A stretch of DNA of 64,000 nucleotides, taken from Candidatus Pelagibacterales bacterium (GTDB lineage Bacteria; Pseudomonadota; Alphaproteobacteria; Pelagibacterales; Pelagibacteraceae). Shown piece by piece: positions 34,931 through 46,965 of this stretch (positions within the stretch are counted from its first letter, which is position 1; every line of letters begins with the position of its first letter). The notes beneath the pieces were generated by a model, which made no database searches, was not told the origin of the DNA, and saw nothing but the letters and a program-made list of their open reading frames with translations. The DNA is taken from NCBI GenBank assembly GCA_965235675.1, contig CBDDYZ010000003.1:25498-89497 (forward strand). Direction: 5' to 3'. The position numbers and the translations under genes are program-made.

Positions 34931-35498
34931 TTAATAATTAATAAAGTTTTTTAATATTTTCATTCCTAATTTAGTTTTAATACTTTCTGGATGAAATTGA
35001 ACACCATGAATGTTGTATTCTTTATGCATAATACCCATTATAATCGCCATCATTAGTTTCAGCAGTGATTTTAAGCTGATTAGATAAAGTTTTCTTATCA
35101 ATAATTAAACTATGATATCTAGTCGCCTCAAAATTTAAGGGTAGGTTTTTTAAAATTCCAATTTTTTTGGACTTTATTCTGCTAGTTTTGCCATGCATAA
35201 CTTTTTTTGCTTGAATTATTTTTGAACCAAAAACTTGGCCAATTATTTGATGTCCCAAACATACACCCAAAATTGGTACTTGTTTATAAAGTGATTTAAC
35301 AATATTAATACAATTACCAGATTGATTTGGGTTACCTGGTCCAGGAGAAATTACAATCCTATCATATTTTTTTTTGATAATTTCTTTAACATTAATTTTA
35401 TCATTTCTAACAACATCAACATTTACCTTTAATGATGAAAGATAATGATAGAGATTAAATGTAAAGCTATCATAGTTATCTATTAGTAAAAGTTTCAT
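34931..35498 (-). CDS. trpG: Anthranilate synthase component II (one +1 frameshift at ~35046)
   Basis: [20 protein letters not shown] and RYHSL; catalytic GVQFHPES continues in the shifted frame to TAA at 34931-33. Confidence 0.95.
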
Positions 35499-36952
35499 TA
35501 TTTTAATGCGTTTAGTAATGCTTTCGCTTTGTTTATAGTTTCTTCATATTCTTTTATTGGATTACTATCAGCAACTATACCAGCACCAGCTTGCACATAA
35601 AATTTATCATTCTTTGCTATAGCTGTTCGAAGAGCAATGCAGGTGTCAAATTCCCCATTCGAAGAAAAGTAGCCGATGCCTCCAGCATAAACTTTTCGTT
35701 TTGATGTTTCTAATTCATCAATAATTTCCATTGCTCTTATTTTAGGCGCTCCAGAAACAGTACCAGCAGGAAAACCAGCAAGTAAGGTTTTAAATTTACT
35801 GAATTTTTTATTATATATTCCAATTACATTTGAAACTATATGCATAACGTGGGAATATTTTTCAATTATAAAACTTTCTGTAACTTTAATTGAATTAATT
35901 TTAGAGACTTTACCCGCATCATTTCTTCCAAGATCTAATAACATTAGATGTTCTGAAAGTTCCTTTTTATCATTTAATAAATCTTTTGCTAAAAAGTTGT
36001 CTTCTTTTACATCTTTGCCTCTTGGTCTAGTGCCAGCTATTGGTCTGACAGTTATCTTATTATCTCTAAGTCTAACCAAGATTTCAGGACTCGCACCAAT
36101 TATTTGAAAATCTGTAAAATTAAAAAAATACATAAATGGAGAAGGGTTTGTATTTCTTAATTTTTTATAAATATCTAATGGACTTTTAGATAATTTTGCC
36201 TCAAATCTTTGACTTAAGACAACCTGAAATATATCTCCAAGCTTAATATACTTCTTAGCCTTTGTAATCATGGCTAGAAACTTGTTTTTTGAAGTATTAG
36301 ATTTAACTTTAAAATTAGAAAATGATGTTCTTAGTGGTGAAGTCTTTTTAAAAGAAGACTCCATTAATAATCTTTCAATATCTTCTTTAATCCTTAAATA
36401 TACTTTTTTATAGTTTGATATTTTTTTATCTTTAAAGACATTCACTATGTAGAAAATCTTTTTTTTTAGATTATCATGAATAATTACAGTTTGAGGCCTT
36501 AACAATCTAACATCTGGCAATTTTAAATCATCCTTACATTTGTTAGGTATTTTTTCTATATATCTAATTGAGTCATAAGAAAAATAACCAGAAATTAAAG
36601 AACAAATAGGAGGAAGGCTGGTGGGTGTTTTAAAATTAAAACTTTCAATTATTTTTTCTATTATTTTATCTGGCGAACCTTTAATTCTTTTTTTAGATTT
36701 ATCTTCAATTAGATAAGATCTATCATTATTAAATTCCCAAATTTTATCAGGATTTTTACCAAATATTGTATATCTTCCTTTTATTTTTCCTTTCTCAACT
36801 GACTCAAAAATAAAGCTATTTTTTTCAACAAGAAAATTTTCAATTAAATTTAAAATTTCAGTGTCATCATTTATCTTTCTAGAGACAAAAAGTACTTGAT
36901 TTATTTTTTTTTGGTGCTGGCGCTTAAATTCAGAAAGGCTTTTATTGAGCAT
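35498..36952 (-). CDS. trpE: Anthranilate synthase component I
   Basis: GDIFQVVLSQR, NPSPF, ASPE, PIAGTR, EHLMLLDLGRND, PAGTVSGAPK and QAGAGIVADS. Confidence 0.97.
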   Translation of the reverse strand: MLNKSLSEFKRQHQKKINQVLFVSRKINDDTEILNLIENFLVEKNSFIFESVEKGKIKGRYTIFGKNPDKIWEFNNDRSYLIEDKSKKRIKGSPDKIIEKIIESFNFKTPTSLPPICSLISGYFSYDSIRYIEKIPNKCKDDLKLPDVRLLRPQTVIIHDNLKKKIFYIVNVFKDKKISNYKKVYLRIKEDIERLLMESSFKKTSPLRTSFSNFKVKSNTSKNKFLAMITKAKKYIKLGDIFQVVLSQRFEAKLSKSPLDIYKKLRNTNPSPFMYFFNFTDFQIIGASPEILVRLRDNKITVRPIAGTRPRGKDVKEDNFLAKDLLNDKKELSEHLMLLDLGRNDAGKVSKINSIKVTESFIIEKYSHVMHIVSNVIGIYNKKFSKFKTLLAGFPAGTVSGAPKIRAMEIIDELETSKRKVYAGGIGYFSSNGEFDTCIALRTAIAKNDKFYVQAGAGIVADSNPIKEYEETINKAKALLNALK

Positions 36953-38374
36953 TATTTAAAATAATTTTTAACTCGGTCAACAGCTGAGTCATTTACAACA
37001 ACATCATATTTAGTATTTAAAAAGAAATCATATGATTTTAAGATACTATTTTTGTTTTGAGCACTTTCTTCAATAGATGCATTGGCAAACTCTTTTGACT
37101 TGAAATCAACATTGTTTATATCGAAACCTAGTGTTTGAGCTAAATATATATTGTTTTTGCTGTCTGCAACTAAAGTAAAAGTTTTAAGTGGCAAAGAATA
37201 TAAAACTTTAATTGAATTGATTTCAAATTTTTTATCATCTTTTATTGAATTTAATTTAATTTTTTCAATCTTATTAGAACCTAATTTTAAAAAGGAATTT
37301 TGATCAAATTCTTTTTTATTAATTTTATCTAAAATATTTTTATTGAATTCATATTTTTCTTTTTCAAATAAAAGATTTGTGATTTGTTTTCTAAATTTTT
37401 CATCTTTGTTGTCTGGTAATTTTGAATTTAATTCAGATATATTATATAATGTGTAATTATCATTATATTCAATAATATCTATTTTATTTTTTCTTGAATT
37501 ATAAATTAGATTTTTTATATCCTCTTTGTTATCTAAATTAATATAGTCAACCACGTTATTAGCTTTTAAATTAAACTCTTTTATAATTTGTGAAAAATTA
37601 ATATTTTTTGAAACTTGATTTTCAATGGCATCAATTTTATCAAAAAAAGCTTGATTGAATTCACTTAATCCAGTCAAATTTTTAGGATTTAGATCCACAT
37701 ACTCAAAATTAATGTAATCTTGTACAAGCTTATCTGAGTTTTCAGTAATAAAATCATTTATATCAATATCAGTAAATTCATCTTTTTTTTTATAAAATAA
37801 ATTTAAATCAATATAATCAATCTCTAATTTACTATTTTGTTCTTTATAAAATTTATCTATTAAAAAATTAGGTGTCTTGGTGCCTCCACTAATATAAGTA
37901 AAAAGTTGTTTTTGTAATTCATTATTTTTTAATTTGTTTTCAAAAGCTGGAGCAGATGAATTGTTTGTTAGTAAAAATTTTTCATATAAGGTTCTTTGAA
38001 AATTACCATCATCATCCATAAAATTTTTGTTGGATTTAATTTTTTCTGCAATGATCTGTTTGGAGACAGAAAGACTCAAATCATTTATCTCTAGATCCAA
38101 TAATGTAGTTGAGACCAATGCTGGATAAAAGTTCTTCAATAATACCATTATCAATATTGTTTTTTATTACTTGATTGCTTAATCCAGATTGGTTTAAATA
38201 ATCAACATAGTTTTGTGTTGAAATTTTAGTACTATTAATCTTAGCAATATTATTTTGATTGCTGGTGTTAAAACCACCACCAAATCCTCCAAAGCCAAAT
38301 GCAATAATAATGACAATTATTAATGCTAAGCCACCAATTTTTTTCTTTGTAAGATTTTTAAAAGTACTAATCAT
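36952..38374 (-). CDS. PpiD/SurA-N-domain periplasmic chaperone (one +1 frameshift at ~38123)
   Basis: N-terminal TM anchor with FGFGG and IAKINSTKIS joins ORF 36952-38154 (EELLS|ALVSTTLL); conserved tpiA/ppiD-trpE arrangement. Confidence 0.78.
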
Positions 38375-38426
38375 TGCTTTATATATTTATTGAACTAAAA
38401 TAAATCTATAGATTAATTCTTTCATT

Positions 38427-39167
38427 ATGACAAATAAATATATGTATTTTGTAGCAAACTGGAAAATGTATGGAAGCCTATCTTCGCTAAATTCATTGAA
38501 TAAAGTTATTAAATTTTCAAAATCAAAAGACATCAAGAAAGGTAGATTGATTTATTGTCCTCCATTTACTTTGATTGACGCATTTTCAAAAAAATTCAAA
38601 AATTGTCAAATAGGTATTGGTGGTCAAAATTGTCATGAAGATGATGATTATGGACCTTATACAGGCTCTATCAATTCACGTATGTTAAAAAATATTGGTG
38701 CACAATTTGTAATCATTGGTCATTCCGAAAATAGAGCTGAGGGTGAGACTGATAAAGTTATCAATGTTAAAATTAAAAGTGCTCTTAAATCAAAATTAAA
38801 AGTCATTTTTTGTATTGGTGAAACTTTAAATGAAAAAAAACAAAAAAAAACAAAATCAACTTTATCTAAACAAATTCATTTTGGATTAAAAAATATTAAA
38901 AACAAATCAAACATATTTATTGCTTATGAACCCATTTGGTCTATAGGAAGTGGAGTCATTCCAACTCACAAGGATCTTTTTGAGACAATTAAGTTTATTA
39001 AGAATAAATTTAGAGATAAGCCCCAAAGAGTTTTATATGGAGGCTCTGTAAATCCTAAGAATATTATTAATCTTAAAAAAGTTAATAATCTTGATGGTTT
39101 TTTAGTTGGTGGAGCATCACAAAGTGCTAAAAAATTTATTGATATAGTTAAAAAAACGTATAGTTAA
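38427..39167 (+). CDS. tpiA: Triosephosphate isomerase
   Basis: ANWKM, IGHSE, CIGE, AYEPIWSIG, YGGSV and LVGGAS. Confidence 0.97.
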   Translation: MTNKYMYFVANWKMYGSLSSLNSLNKVIKFSKSKDIKKGRLIYCPPFTLIDAFSKKFKNCQIGIGGQNCHEDDDYGPYTGSINSRMLKNIGAQFVIIGHSENRAEGETDKVINVKIKSALKSKLKVIFCIGETLNEKKQKKTKSTLSKQIHFGLKNIKNKSNIFIAYEPIWSIGSGVIPTHKDLFETIKFIKNKFRDKPQRVLYGGSVNPKNIINLKKVNNLDGFLVGGASQSAKKFIDIVKKTYS

Positions 39168-39172
39168 ACGCA

Positions 39173-39475
39173 ATGGAAAATATTCTTCTAGTAGTAAATC
39201 TTATACTAGCTTTTATTTTGGTTCTTTTAATACTTACTCAAAAATCAGAGGGTGGAGCTTTAGGTATTGGAATGTCTCAAGATAATTTTATGCTTTCAAG
39301 ATCTGCAGGTAATTTCATGAGCAAAGCAACAGCAATTGTTGCGACTCTTTTTATAGTTTGTAGCCTCTTACTTACTATTATATCTCGGAGTGAGCTAACT
39401 CCAACTTCTTCTGTACTAGATGTAATTGAGGAAAAATCTGACGATACACCGTCGATTCCAGAAAATAACAATTAA
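39173..39475 (+). CDS. secG: Preprotein translocase subunit SecG
   Basis: LILTQKSEGGALG; two TM helices; tpiA-secG-pyrG order. Confidence 0.92.
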   Translation: MENILLVVNLILAFILVLLILTQKSEGGALGIGMSQDNFMLSRSAGNFMSKATAIVATLFIVCSLLLTIISRSELTPTSSVLDVIEEKSDDTPSIPENNN

Positions 39476-39515
39476 GTCTTTTCAATTAATCAAATAATCG
39501 CTATAAGATAATTCC

Positions 39516-41132
39516 ATGGCGCGATTTATATTTGTCACTGGCGGCGTGGTTTCCTCTCTTGGTAAAGGTCTCTCTTCTGCATCTCTTGCTTATTTATTAC
39601 AATCTAGAGGTTACAAAGTTCGTTTAAGAAAATTAGACCCATATTTAAATGTAGATCCAGGAACAATGAGTCCGTTTCAACATGGGGAAGTGTTTGTAAC
39701 AGATGATGGTGCTGAAACTGATTTAGATTTAGGTCATTATGAGAGATTTTCTGGAGTAACTGCAAAGAAAACAGACAATATTACAACTGGAAAAATTTAT
39801 AGCGATGTTCTTAAAAAGGAAAGAAAAGGACAGTATCTTGGAAAAACTGTTCAGGTTATTCCCCACATCACTGATAGAATTAAAGAGTTTATTAAATATG
39901 ACACTACCAAAGAAGATTTTGTAATTTGCGAAATAGGAGGCATAGTAGGTGATATTGAAAGCCTTCCATTTGTAGAAGCTATAAGACAATTTTCTAACGA
40001 TGTTGGAAAGAAAAATTCATTATTTATTCATTTAACACTAGTACCTTATTTAAAAGCATCAGACGAAATTAAAACAAAACCAACTCAACACTCTGTCAAA
40101 GAACTAAGAAGTATTGGTATTCAACCTGATATTATAATTTGCAGATCAGAAAGACCTATCCCTTTAGAACACAGAAAAAAGATATCCTTGTTCTGTAATG
40201 TTGATATTAGAAATGTAATTGAAACCGTTGATGTAAAAACAATTTATGAAGCACCAATTAGTTTTGCAAAAGAAAAATTAGATGTTCAGGTTTTAAATCA
40301 TTTTAAACTAAAATCTAAAAGATCTAATAACTTAGTACCATGGAAAAAAATAACCAAAGTTACCCTAAATACAAAGAGACAAGTTGATATTGCAATTATT
40401 GGAAAATATGTTGAATTAAAAGATGCTTATAAATCTTTAGATGAAGCACTTACTCATGGAGGTATTACTAATAATCTTAAAGTTAATTTAGTAAGAATTG
40501 ATTCTGAAAAACTAAAAGTTTCACAAATTAAAGATAAACTAAAAGATGTTTCAGGAATTTTAATTCCAGGAGGTTTTGGTAAAAGAGGAACAGAGGGAAA
40601 AATTGAGGCCATTAAATATGCAAGGATAAATAAAATTCCTTTTCTTGGAATTTGTTATGGCATGCAAATGGCAATTATAGAGTTTGCAAGGAATCAATTA
40701 AAGATTAAAAAAGCAACCTCTTCTGAATTTGACAAAAAAGGAGTTCACTTAATTGGCTTAATGCATGAGTGGGAAAAAAGTGGAGGAAAAGTTAAAGGCA
40801 CAGATAAAGATCTTGGTGGAACTATGAGGCTTGGTTCTTACGATGCAATTTTAAAAGAGAAATCTAAAATTAGAGATATCTATAAATCTAGATTAATCAA
40901 AGAAAGACATAGACATAGATACGAAGTGGATATTTCATATAAAGAAAAATTTGAGAAGAAAGGGTTAATATTTTCAGGTTTATCCCCAGATAAAAAGCTT
41001 CCAGAGATTATCGAACTCAAAAATCACCCTTGGTTTATAGGAGTTCAGTTTCATCCTGAATTTAAATCTAGACCTTTAGATCCTCATCCTTTATTCTCTT
41101 CATTTATTAGAGCTGCAAAAAAATATAAATGA
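39516..41132 (+). CDS. pyrG: CTP synthase
   Basis: [40 protein letters not shown] and QFHPE. Confidence 0.98.
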   Translation: MARFIFVTGGVVSSLGKGLSSASLAYLLQSRGYKVRLRKLDPYLNVDPGTMSPFQHGEVFVTDDGAETDLDLGHYERFSGVTAKKTDNITTGKIYSDVLKKERKGQYLGKTVQVIPHITDRIKEFIKYDTTKEDFVICEIGGIVGDIESLPFVEAIRQFSNDVGKKNSLFIHLTLVPYLKASDEIKTKPTQHSVKELRSIGIQPDIIICRSERPIPLEHRKKISLFCNVDIRNVIETVDVKTIYEAPISFAKEKLDVQVLNHFKLKSKRSNNLVPWKKITKVTLNTKRQVDIAIIGKYVELKDAYKSLDEALTHGGITNNLKVNLVRIDSEKLKVSQIKDKLKDVSGILIPGGFGKRGTEGKIEAIKYARINKIPFLGICYGMQMAIIEFARNQLKIKKATSSEFDKKGVHLIGLMHEWEKSGGKVKGTDKDLGGTMRLGSYDAILKEKSKIRDIYKSRLIKERHRHRYEVDISYKEKFEKKGLIFSGLSPDKKLPEIIELKNHPWFIGVQFHPEFKSRPLDPHPLFSSFIRAAKKYK

Positions 41133-41953
41133 AAAATATAAAAGTTAATTGTGGAAATATTGAAATTGCTAATAATAATAAGATTTGTATTATAGCTGGA
41201 CCTTGCCAACTTGAGACAGAGCAACATGCCATGGATATGGCTGGAAAAATTAAAGAGATTACCTCTAAATTTAAGATGGGTTTTATTTATAAAACCTCTT
41301 TTGATAAAGCAAATAGAACAAGCTTAAAAGGAAAGAGAGGAGCGGGTCTTGAACAATCTTTACCAATTTTTGACAAAATTAAAAAAGAATTAGATGTACC
41401 AATTTTAACTGATATTCATAATATTGAACAATGTTCAGTTGTTGCAAGCCATGCGGATATATTGCAAATTCCAGCTTTTTTATGCAGACAAACAGATTTG
41501 TTGGTTGCCGCAGCAAAAACTGGAAAGATTATAAATGTTAAAAAAGGTCAATTTCTTGCACCTTGGGACATGGTTAATGTAACCAAAAAAATATCAGACT
41601 CAGGAAATGAAAATATTCTGGTAACTGAAAGAGGTGCGAGTTTTGGATACAACACACTTGTTTCTGATATGAGATCTTTACCTATAATGGCAAAAAATGG
41701 TTATCCAGTTATTTTTGATGCTACACATTCAGTGCAACAACCTGGAGGGTTAGGAGAAACTAGTGGTGGTCAAAGAGAATTTGTTGAATATCTTGCAAGG
41801 GCTGCAGTTGCAGTAGGTGTTGCTGGAGTATTTATTGAAACTCATCAAGATCCAGACAACGCACCGTCTGATGGACCAAATATGGTACCTTTAGATAAAT
41901 TAGAAAATCTATTATCCCAACTATTTGAAATTGATAATTTAATTAAAAAATAG
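41129..41953 (+). CDS. kdsA: KDO 8-phosphate synthase
   Basis: [33 protein letters not shown] and SDGPN. Confidence 0.97.
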   Translation: MKNIKVNCGNIEIANNNKICIIAGPCQLETEQHAMDMAGKIKEITSKFKMGFIYKTSFDKANRTSLKGKRGAGLEQSLPIFDKIKKELDVPILTDIHNIEQCSVVASHADILQIPAFLCRQTDLLVAAAKTGKIINVKKGQFLAPWDMVNVTKKISDSGNENILVTERGASFGYNTLVSDMRSLPIMAKNGYPVIFDATHSVQQPGGLGETSGGQREFVEYLARAAVAVGVAGVFIETHQDPDNAPSDGPNMVPLDKLENLLSQLFEIDNLIKK

Positions 41954-43211
41954 ATGAGTAAGATTTTAAAGATAAGAGCTCGTCAAGTATTTGACAGTCG
42001 TGGTAATCCTACTATTGAAGCTGAAGTTTATTCTAAGAATCAAAGTGCATCAGCTATTTGTCCTTCAGGTGCCTCTACAGGAACGTATGAAGCATTTGAA
42101 AAAAGAGACAAAAATAACAAAAGATATCTTGGTAAAAGTGTTTTTAATGCAATTGATATAATTAATACTAAAATTTCTAAAAAGCTAAAAGGTATTAATA
42201 TTCATGATCAAATTCGTATAGATACAATATTAATTAATCTTGATGGCACAAGACAAAAAACAAATTTAGGAGCTAACGCTATACTTGCTGTATCAATGGC
42301 TGCAAAAAAACTATCAGCAAAAATTAAAAAAATACCTTTATTTAAAACTTTTTTAGTTAAGAATAATTTTAGTTTACCTTATCCACTAATGAATATTATT
42401 AATGGTGGGGCTCATGCAAATAATGGTTTGAGAATCCAAGAATTTATGATCAGACCAGATAAAGCCAAAAATTTTTCTGAAGCAATGAGAATTTGTTTTT
42501 TAGTAATAAGCAGTTTAAGAAAACTTATTAAAAAAAAGAAGCTGTCAACATCTGTTGGCGATGAAGGTGGTTTTGCACCTATGATTGATAGTAATGAAAA
42601 AGCTTTAGACTTAATTGTATCGGCAATAAAAGCTGCAGGCTTTAAAAATGGTAAAGATGTTTCAATTTGTTTAGATGTTGCGGCTAATGAGCTATTTAAA
42701 AGTAAAAAATATTCAATTCATTCAAAAAAATTTAGTTTCAGTAGATCAAACAATTAATAAATATCTAAAAATTATAAATAAATATAAGATAAAATCAATT
42801 GAAGATCCTTTTGCTGAAAATGATTGGACTTCATGGAGCAATTTAATGAAATCTACAAAGAATGTTCAAATTGTAGGTGATGATCTTTATGTTACAAATT
42901 TAGAGAGACTTAAAAAAGGTTTTTTAAATAATTCATCAAATTCAATTCTTATTAAGTTAAACCAAATTGGCACAGTTTCTGAAACACTCGAGGTTATAAA
43001 ATTTGCTCAAATCATTGGCTACAAAACAATTATATCTCATCGATCTGGAGATAGTGAAGATACTTTTATAGCCGACCTTGCTGTTGGAACTAATTCCAAT
43101 CAAATTAAAACTGGTTCTCTTGCAAGATCTGAAAGAGTTGCAAAATATAATCAACTATTACGTATAGAAGAACAGCTTGGTAAAAAAGTAAAAATGAATA
43201 AGATTCATTAA
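41954..43211 (+). CDS. eno: Enolase (one +1 frameshift at ~42733)
   Basis: DSRGNPT, PSGASTG and GDEGG in the first ORF; SIEDP, VGDDL, KLNQIG, SHRSG and IKTG in ORF 42675-43211. Confidence 0.96.
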
Positions 43212-43513
43212 TGTTGAGTAAAATTAAAAAAAATTATTTTTTATTAATCTCTACTTTTTTAATACTCTATTTCTTTTTTAACTTACTCGATGGGGAAAGA
43301 GGTCTTTTTTCATACTTTAAAAAAAAAGAAATTTTATTGAATTTAACAAAAGAAGAAGCAGATTTAAGAAATAAAATTAAAGATTTAGAGTTCAAGAATT
43401 CTTTATTAAGTGAAAATCTTGATTTAGATTACGTTGAAACACTATTACGTGAAAAGTTTTTATTTGGAAAAGAAGGTGAGACCCTCTATATAATTAAAAA
43501 GAATGACAATTAA
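43211..43513 (+). CDS. ftsB: Septum formation initiator FtsB/DivIC
   Basis: TM helix, GERGL, coiled coil, [11 protein letters not shown]...EGE; follows eno. Confidence 0.88.
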   Translation: MLSKIKKNYFLLISTFLILYFFFNLLDGERGLFSYFKKKEILLNLTKEEADLRNKIKDLEFKNSLLSENLDLDYVETLLREKFLFGKEGETLYIIKKNDN

Positions 43514-44429
43514 ACCAAGACACCCAGAAAAAGTTAACAAACCAGTAAATCCAATTAAAAAAAAACCTGATTGGATAAGGTCTAAATTAACTAACAGCAA
43601 AGAATTCTTCTTAACCAAGACTATTGTTAATCAAAATAATTTAGTAACAGTTTGTCAGGAAGCTAATTGTCCAAATATTACAGAATGTTGGAGTAAGCGT
43701 CATGCTACATTTATGATTATGGGCGATACTTGCACTAGAGCATGTGCTTTCTGTGATGTTAAAACAGGAAAGCCTGAAAACTTAGATCCATTTGAGGCTT
43801 ACAAAATTTCAAATGCAGTTCACAAACTTAATCTTAAGCATGTTGTAATAACTTCTGTTGATAGAGACGATTTAGAGGATGGAGGTTCCAATCATTTTTT
43901 TGATGTAATTACAGCTACAAGAAAAAAAAATCCAAATACTTCAATTGAAGTTTTAACCCCAGATTTTTTAAGAAAAGGGGATGCTTATAAAAAAATTTTA
44001 GAAGCAGACTTAGATGTTTTCAATCATAACATTGAAACAGTTCCAAGACTTTATTTAAAAGTTAGACCAGGTGCGAGATATTTTGGTTCATTGGAACTTT
44101 TAAAGAATGTAAAGAAAATTAATAAAAAAATTTTTACTAAATCAGGTCTAATGGTTGGTTTAGGAGAGAGTAAAGATGAATTAATTCAGGTAATGGATGA
44201 CTTAAGGTCTGCTGATGTAGACTTTTTAACAATTGGGCAATATTTACAACCTTCTGTAAAACATCATCCGCTTGAGAGATATTATCATCCAGATGAATTT
44301 AAGGATTTAGAAAATATTGCAAAGTCTAAAGGTTTTTTATTAGTCTCTTCTTCACCACTAACAAGATCTTCTTATCATGCTGATGAAGACTTTGCTAAAC
44401 TTCAACAAAATAGATTAAATAAACATTAA
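43503..44429 (+). CDS. lipA: Lipoyl synthase
   Basis: [21 protein letters not shown] and RSSYHA. Confidence 0.97.
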   Translation: MTIKPRHPEKVNKPVNPIKKKPDWIRSKLTNSKEFFLTKTIVNQNNLVTVCQEANCPNITECWSKRHATFMIMGDTCTRACAFCDVKTGKPENLDPFEAYKISNAVHKLNLKHVVITSVDRDDLEDGGSNHFFDVITATRKKNPNTSIEVLTPDFLRKGDAYKKILEADLDVFNHNIETVPRLYLKVRPGARYFGSLELLKNVKKINKKIFTKSGLMVGLGESKDELIQVMDDLRSADVDFLTIGQYLQPSVKHHPLERYYHPDEFKDLENIAKSKGFLLVSSSPLTRSSYHADEDFAKLQQNRLNKH

Positions 44430-44866
44430 TGCCTAAAGCCTCAGTAACCAGGCAGATAGCTCGTGAAAAACAAAAATTAATTGATTTTGTTTTAGACATT
44501 GAAAAATATCCAGAGTTTATACCTTTTTGTATAGATTCAAAAGTCTATGAAAAAGAAGATAAACAAGACGAGGTATTAATTATTGCAGATCTTACTATTG
44601 GTAAAAAACCTTTTGTAGATACTTATAAAAGTGATGTTCGTTATGATAAAAAAAATGATTCAATACATGTAACTAATATTGGTGGTCCTTTAAATCATCT
44701 TGAAAATAACTGGAAATTTATACAAAAAGAAAACTACACTGAAGTTCAATTTGATGTTGATTTTGAAATAAAAAATAAGTTTTTAAATTTAATTATGGAA
44801 AAATCTTTCCAATTTGGCTTAAACAAAATAGCTGATGCATTTCAAAAAAAGGCAGAAAATCTCTAA
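44429..44866 (+). CDS. RatA/PasT/Coq10 START-domain protein
   Basis: VLDIEKYPEFIPFC, GPLNHLENNWKF and AFQKKA; follows lipA. Confidence 0.88.
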   Translation: MPKASVTRQIAREKQKLIDFVLDIEKYPEFIPFCIDSKVYEKEDKQDEVLIIADLTIGKKPFVDTYKSDVRYDKKNDSIHVTNIGGPLNHLENNWKFIQKENYTEVQFDVDFEIKNKFLNLIMEKSFQFGLNKIADAFQKKAENL

Positions 44867-45321
44867 ATTAGTGATTTTATAATTTTAAAAGTTTTCTTAA
44901 TTGTAGATTTTTGGATAGCTTTTCTACTTTTTTCTTTAAATACATTTTTAGTAATAAATATTTTATTATTTTTTTTTACTCCAATATAAACTAGTCCAAC
45001 AGGTTTTTTCTTAGTTCCACCATTTGGACCTGCAATTCCTGTAATTGAAACATTAATTTGTGCTTTAGAAATTTTTGATAAATTTTTAACCATAGCCTCA
45101 CAACATTGAGGGCTAACAGCTCCATATTTTTGAATAATGCTTTTATTTACTTTTAAAACAGTTATTTTTGCTTGATTTGAATAAGTGACAAGACCTAAAC
45201 CAAATACTTTCGAGGCTCCACTTATGGATGTTATTTCTGATGCAAGCATTCCACCCGTACAAGACTCAGCAAAAGCAATCTTTAATTTTTTTTTAGTTAA
45301 TATTTTTACCAAATTTTTCAT
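44863..45321 (-). CDS. cinA: CinA C-terminal domain / NMN amidohydrolase (PncC-like)
   Basis: AESCTGG, VTYSNQAK, GAVS and SITGIAGPNGG...KPVGLVY. Confidence 0.92.
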   Translation of the reverse strand: MKNLVKILTKKKLKIAFAESCTGGMLASEITSISGASKVFGLGLVTYSNQAKITVLKVNKSIIQKYGAVSPQCCEAMVKNLSKISKAQINVSITGIAGPNGGTKKKPVGLVYIGVKKNNKIFITKNVFKEKSRKAIQKSTIKKTFKIIKSLI

Positions 45322-45824
45322 TACAAAACATAACTTTTAATAATCATGAAACACACAAGTGTTAATACAACATAAAATCCAGCACAAATATCATCCATAA
45401 TTACACCAAAACTATTCTTAAAGTTTTTATCAAAAAAGTTTACAGGAAATGGTTTCATGATATCAAAATATCTAAAAAGAATAAAAAATAGAGCATAATA
45501 AACGATAGCTTCACCACCATCTTTTGTTGTTCCATGAGATATCTCATAAAGGTATATAGGAATTGATTGACCTAAAAATTCATCAATAATAATTTCACCT
45601 GGATCCTTATTTTCACTATTTTCTATATGACTTGAAACAGCATAAAATGAGTAAATAAATATTATTATCAATCCAAATAAAATTATATTTGGTGAAATAT
45701 TTAGAGTGTGGAATAAATAATAAAGAATAATTACAGTCGCCAGTGACCCAAATGTTCCAGGCATATATCTAATTTTACCAAGACCAAACATAGTAACGAA
45801 TAATGAGTTGAAAGATTTAATCAT
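45321..45824 (-). CDS. pgpA: Phosphatidylglycerophosphatase A
   Basis: PGTFGSL, DPGEIIIDE, FRYFDIMKP and GVIMDD. Confidence 0.93.
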   Translation of the reverse strand: MIKSFNSLFVTMFGLGKIRYMPGTFGSLATVIILYYLFHTLNISPNIILFGLIIIFIYSFYAVSSHIENSENKDPGEIIIDEFLGQSIPIYLYEISHGTTKDGGEAIVYYALFFILFRYFDIMKPFPVNFFDKNFKNSFGVIMDDICAGFYVVLTLVCFMIIKSYVL

Positions 45825-46932
45825 TTTTAATAACAGAAGCTATTACTTCACAAGCTATAGCTTTTTCTTTACCAATTACACCTAACTTTTCAGTTGTTTT
45901 GCCTTTTATATTAATTTGACTAGGGGAGATATTACAAATTTTTGAAATACAGTTTAGTATTTGTTTTTTATATTTTTGAATTTTAGGTTTTTGAGTAATT
46001 ATATTTATATCAAGATTATTGATTAGGTAGCCTTTTTTTACAGTTTGCTTAATTATTTCACTTAATAGAATTGTAGATCTAATATTTTTAAATTTCTTAT
46101 TCTTATCTGAAAATTTTTCACCGATATCACCCATAGAACAAGCTCCAAGAATTGCATCAGTTATTGCATGTAACACAGGATCTCCATCTGAATGACCTAA
46201 TGTACCAACAGATGAGGGTATTTTAATTCCACCTAAATAAAGTTTTTTATTAGGAACTAATCTGTGAACATCAAAACCAAGTCCAAATTTTACTAAATTG
46301 TTTAATTTAATATCTTTGTTTATTGTAATTTTATTATTGGTAAGCTCGCCTTTAATAATCTTTATTTTTTTACCAGCTCTTACAAATAAGTTGGCATCAT
46401 CAGTAACTTCCTCACTTTTATTATTTTGAAGTGCAAAAAGTTTTTTATAGTTAAATGCTTGAGGGGTTTGTATTAAATAAACATCCTCTCTTTTTAAGTT
46501 TTTAACAATATTTGAAGTTTTTTCCTTAATCGAATCTGATGTTTGAATAGCAGGAATTACGCAATCATTTTTTTTTAATCCATCCATTAGTTTCTTTAAA
46601 AGTTTTAGAGAAAAATTTGGTCTTGCAGCATCATGAATTATTACGTGTTTAAAATTATTTTTTTTAATACTTTTTAAGGCCATATAAGCAGACTCTGCTC
46701 TAGTTTTACCACCATTAATAATTTTGATATTTTTGATATTAAGTTTTTTGATATAATTTTTATGTTTTTTATTTATTACAAGAATAATTTTATTAAACTT
46801 ATTAAATACTTTAGCTTTATCAATTGAATGCAATAATAAAGGCTTACCTTTATAATCTACATATGGTTTTGGAATATTTGAATTAAATCTTTTACTTTCG
46901 CCTCCAGCAAGTATTATAAAGCAACTATTCAT
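45817..46932 (-). CDS. ispDF: Bifunctional IspD/IspF
   Basis: LAGGESKRF, HDAARP, QTPQ and TDD (IspD); GFDVH, GHSDGD, GDIG and KTTEKLG (IspF); start set at MNSCF (the ORF track extends to 46950). Confidence 0.94.
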   Translation of the reverse strand: MNSCFIILAGGESKRFNSNIPKPYVDYKGKPLLLHSIDKAKVFNKFNKIILVINKKHKNYIKKLNIKNIKIINGGKTRAESAYMALKSIKKNNFKHVIIHDAARPNFSLKLLKKLMDGLKKNDCVIPAIQTSDSIKEKTSNIVKNLKREDVYLIQTPQAFNYKKLFALQNNKSEEVTDDANLFVRAGKKIKIIKGELTNNKITINKDIKLNNLVKFGLGFDVHRLVPNKKLYLGGIKIPSSVGTLGHSDGDPVLHAITDAILGACSMGDIGEKFSDKNKKFKNIRSTILLSEIIKQTVKKGYLINNLDINIITQKPKIQKYKKQILNCISKICNISPSQINIKGKTTEKLGVIGKEKAIACEVIASVIKND

Positions 46933-46965
46933 GATAAAAATATATAACACATTATTTTGTCCACA

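Noticed and set aside
44429-44866. RatA/PasT as a toxin-antitoxin system
   Set aside because: No partner gene; the family is a Coq10-like quinone-binding protein with a conserved position after lipA.
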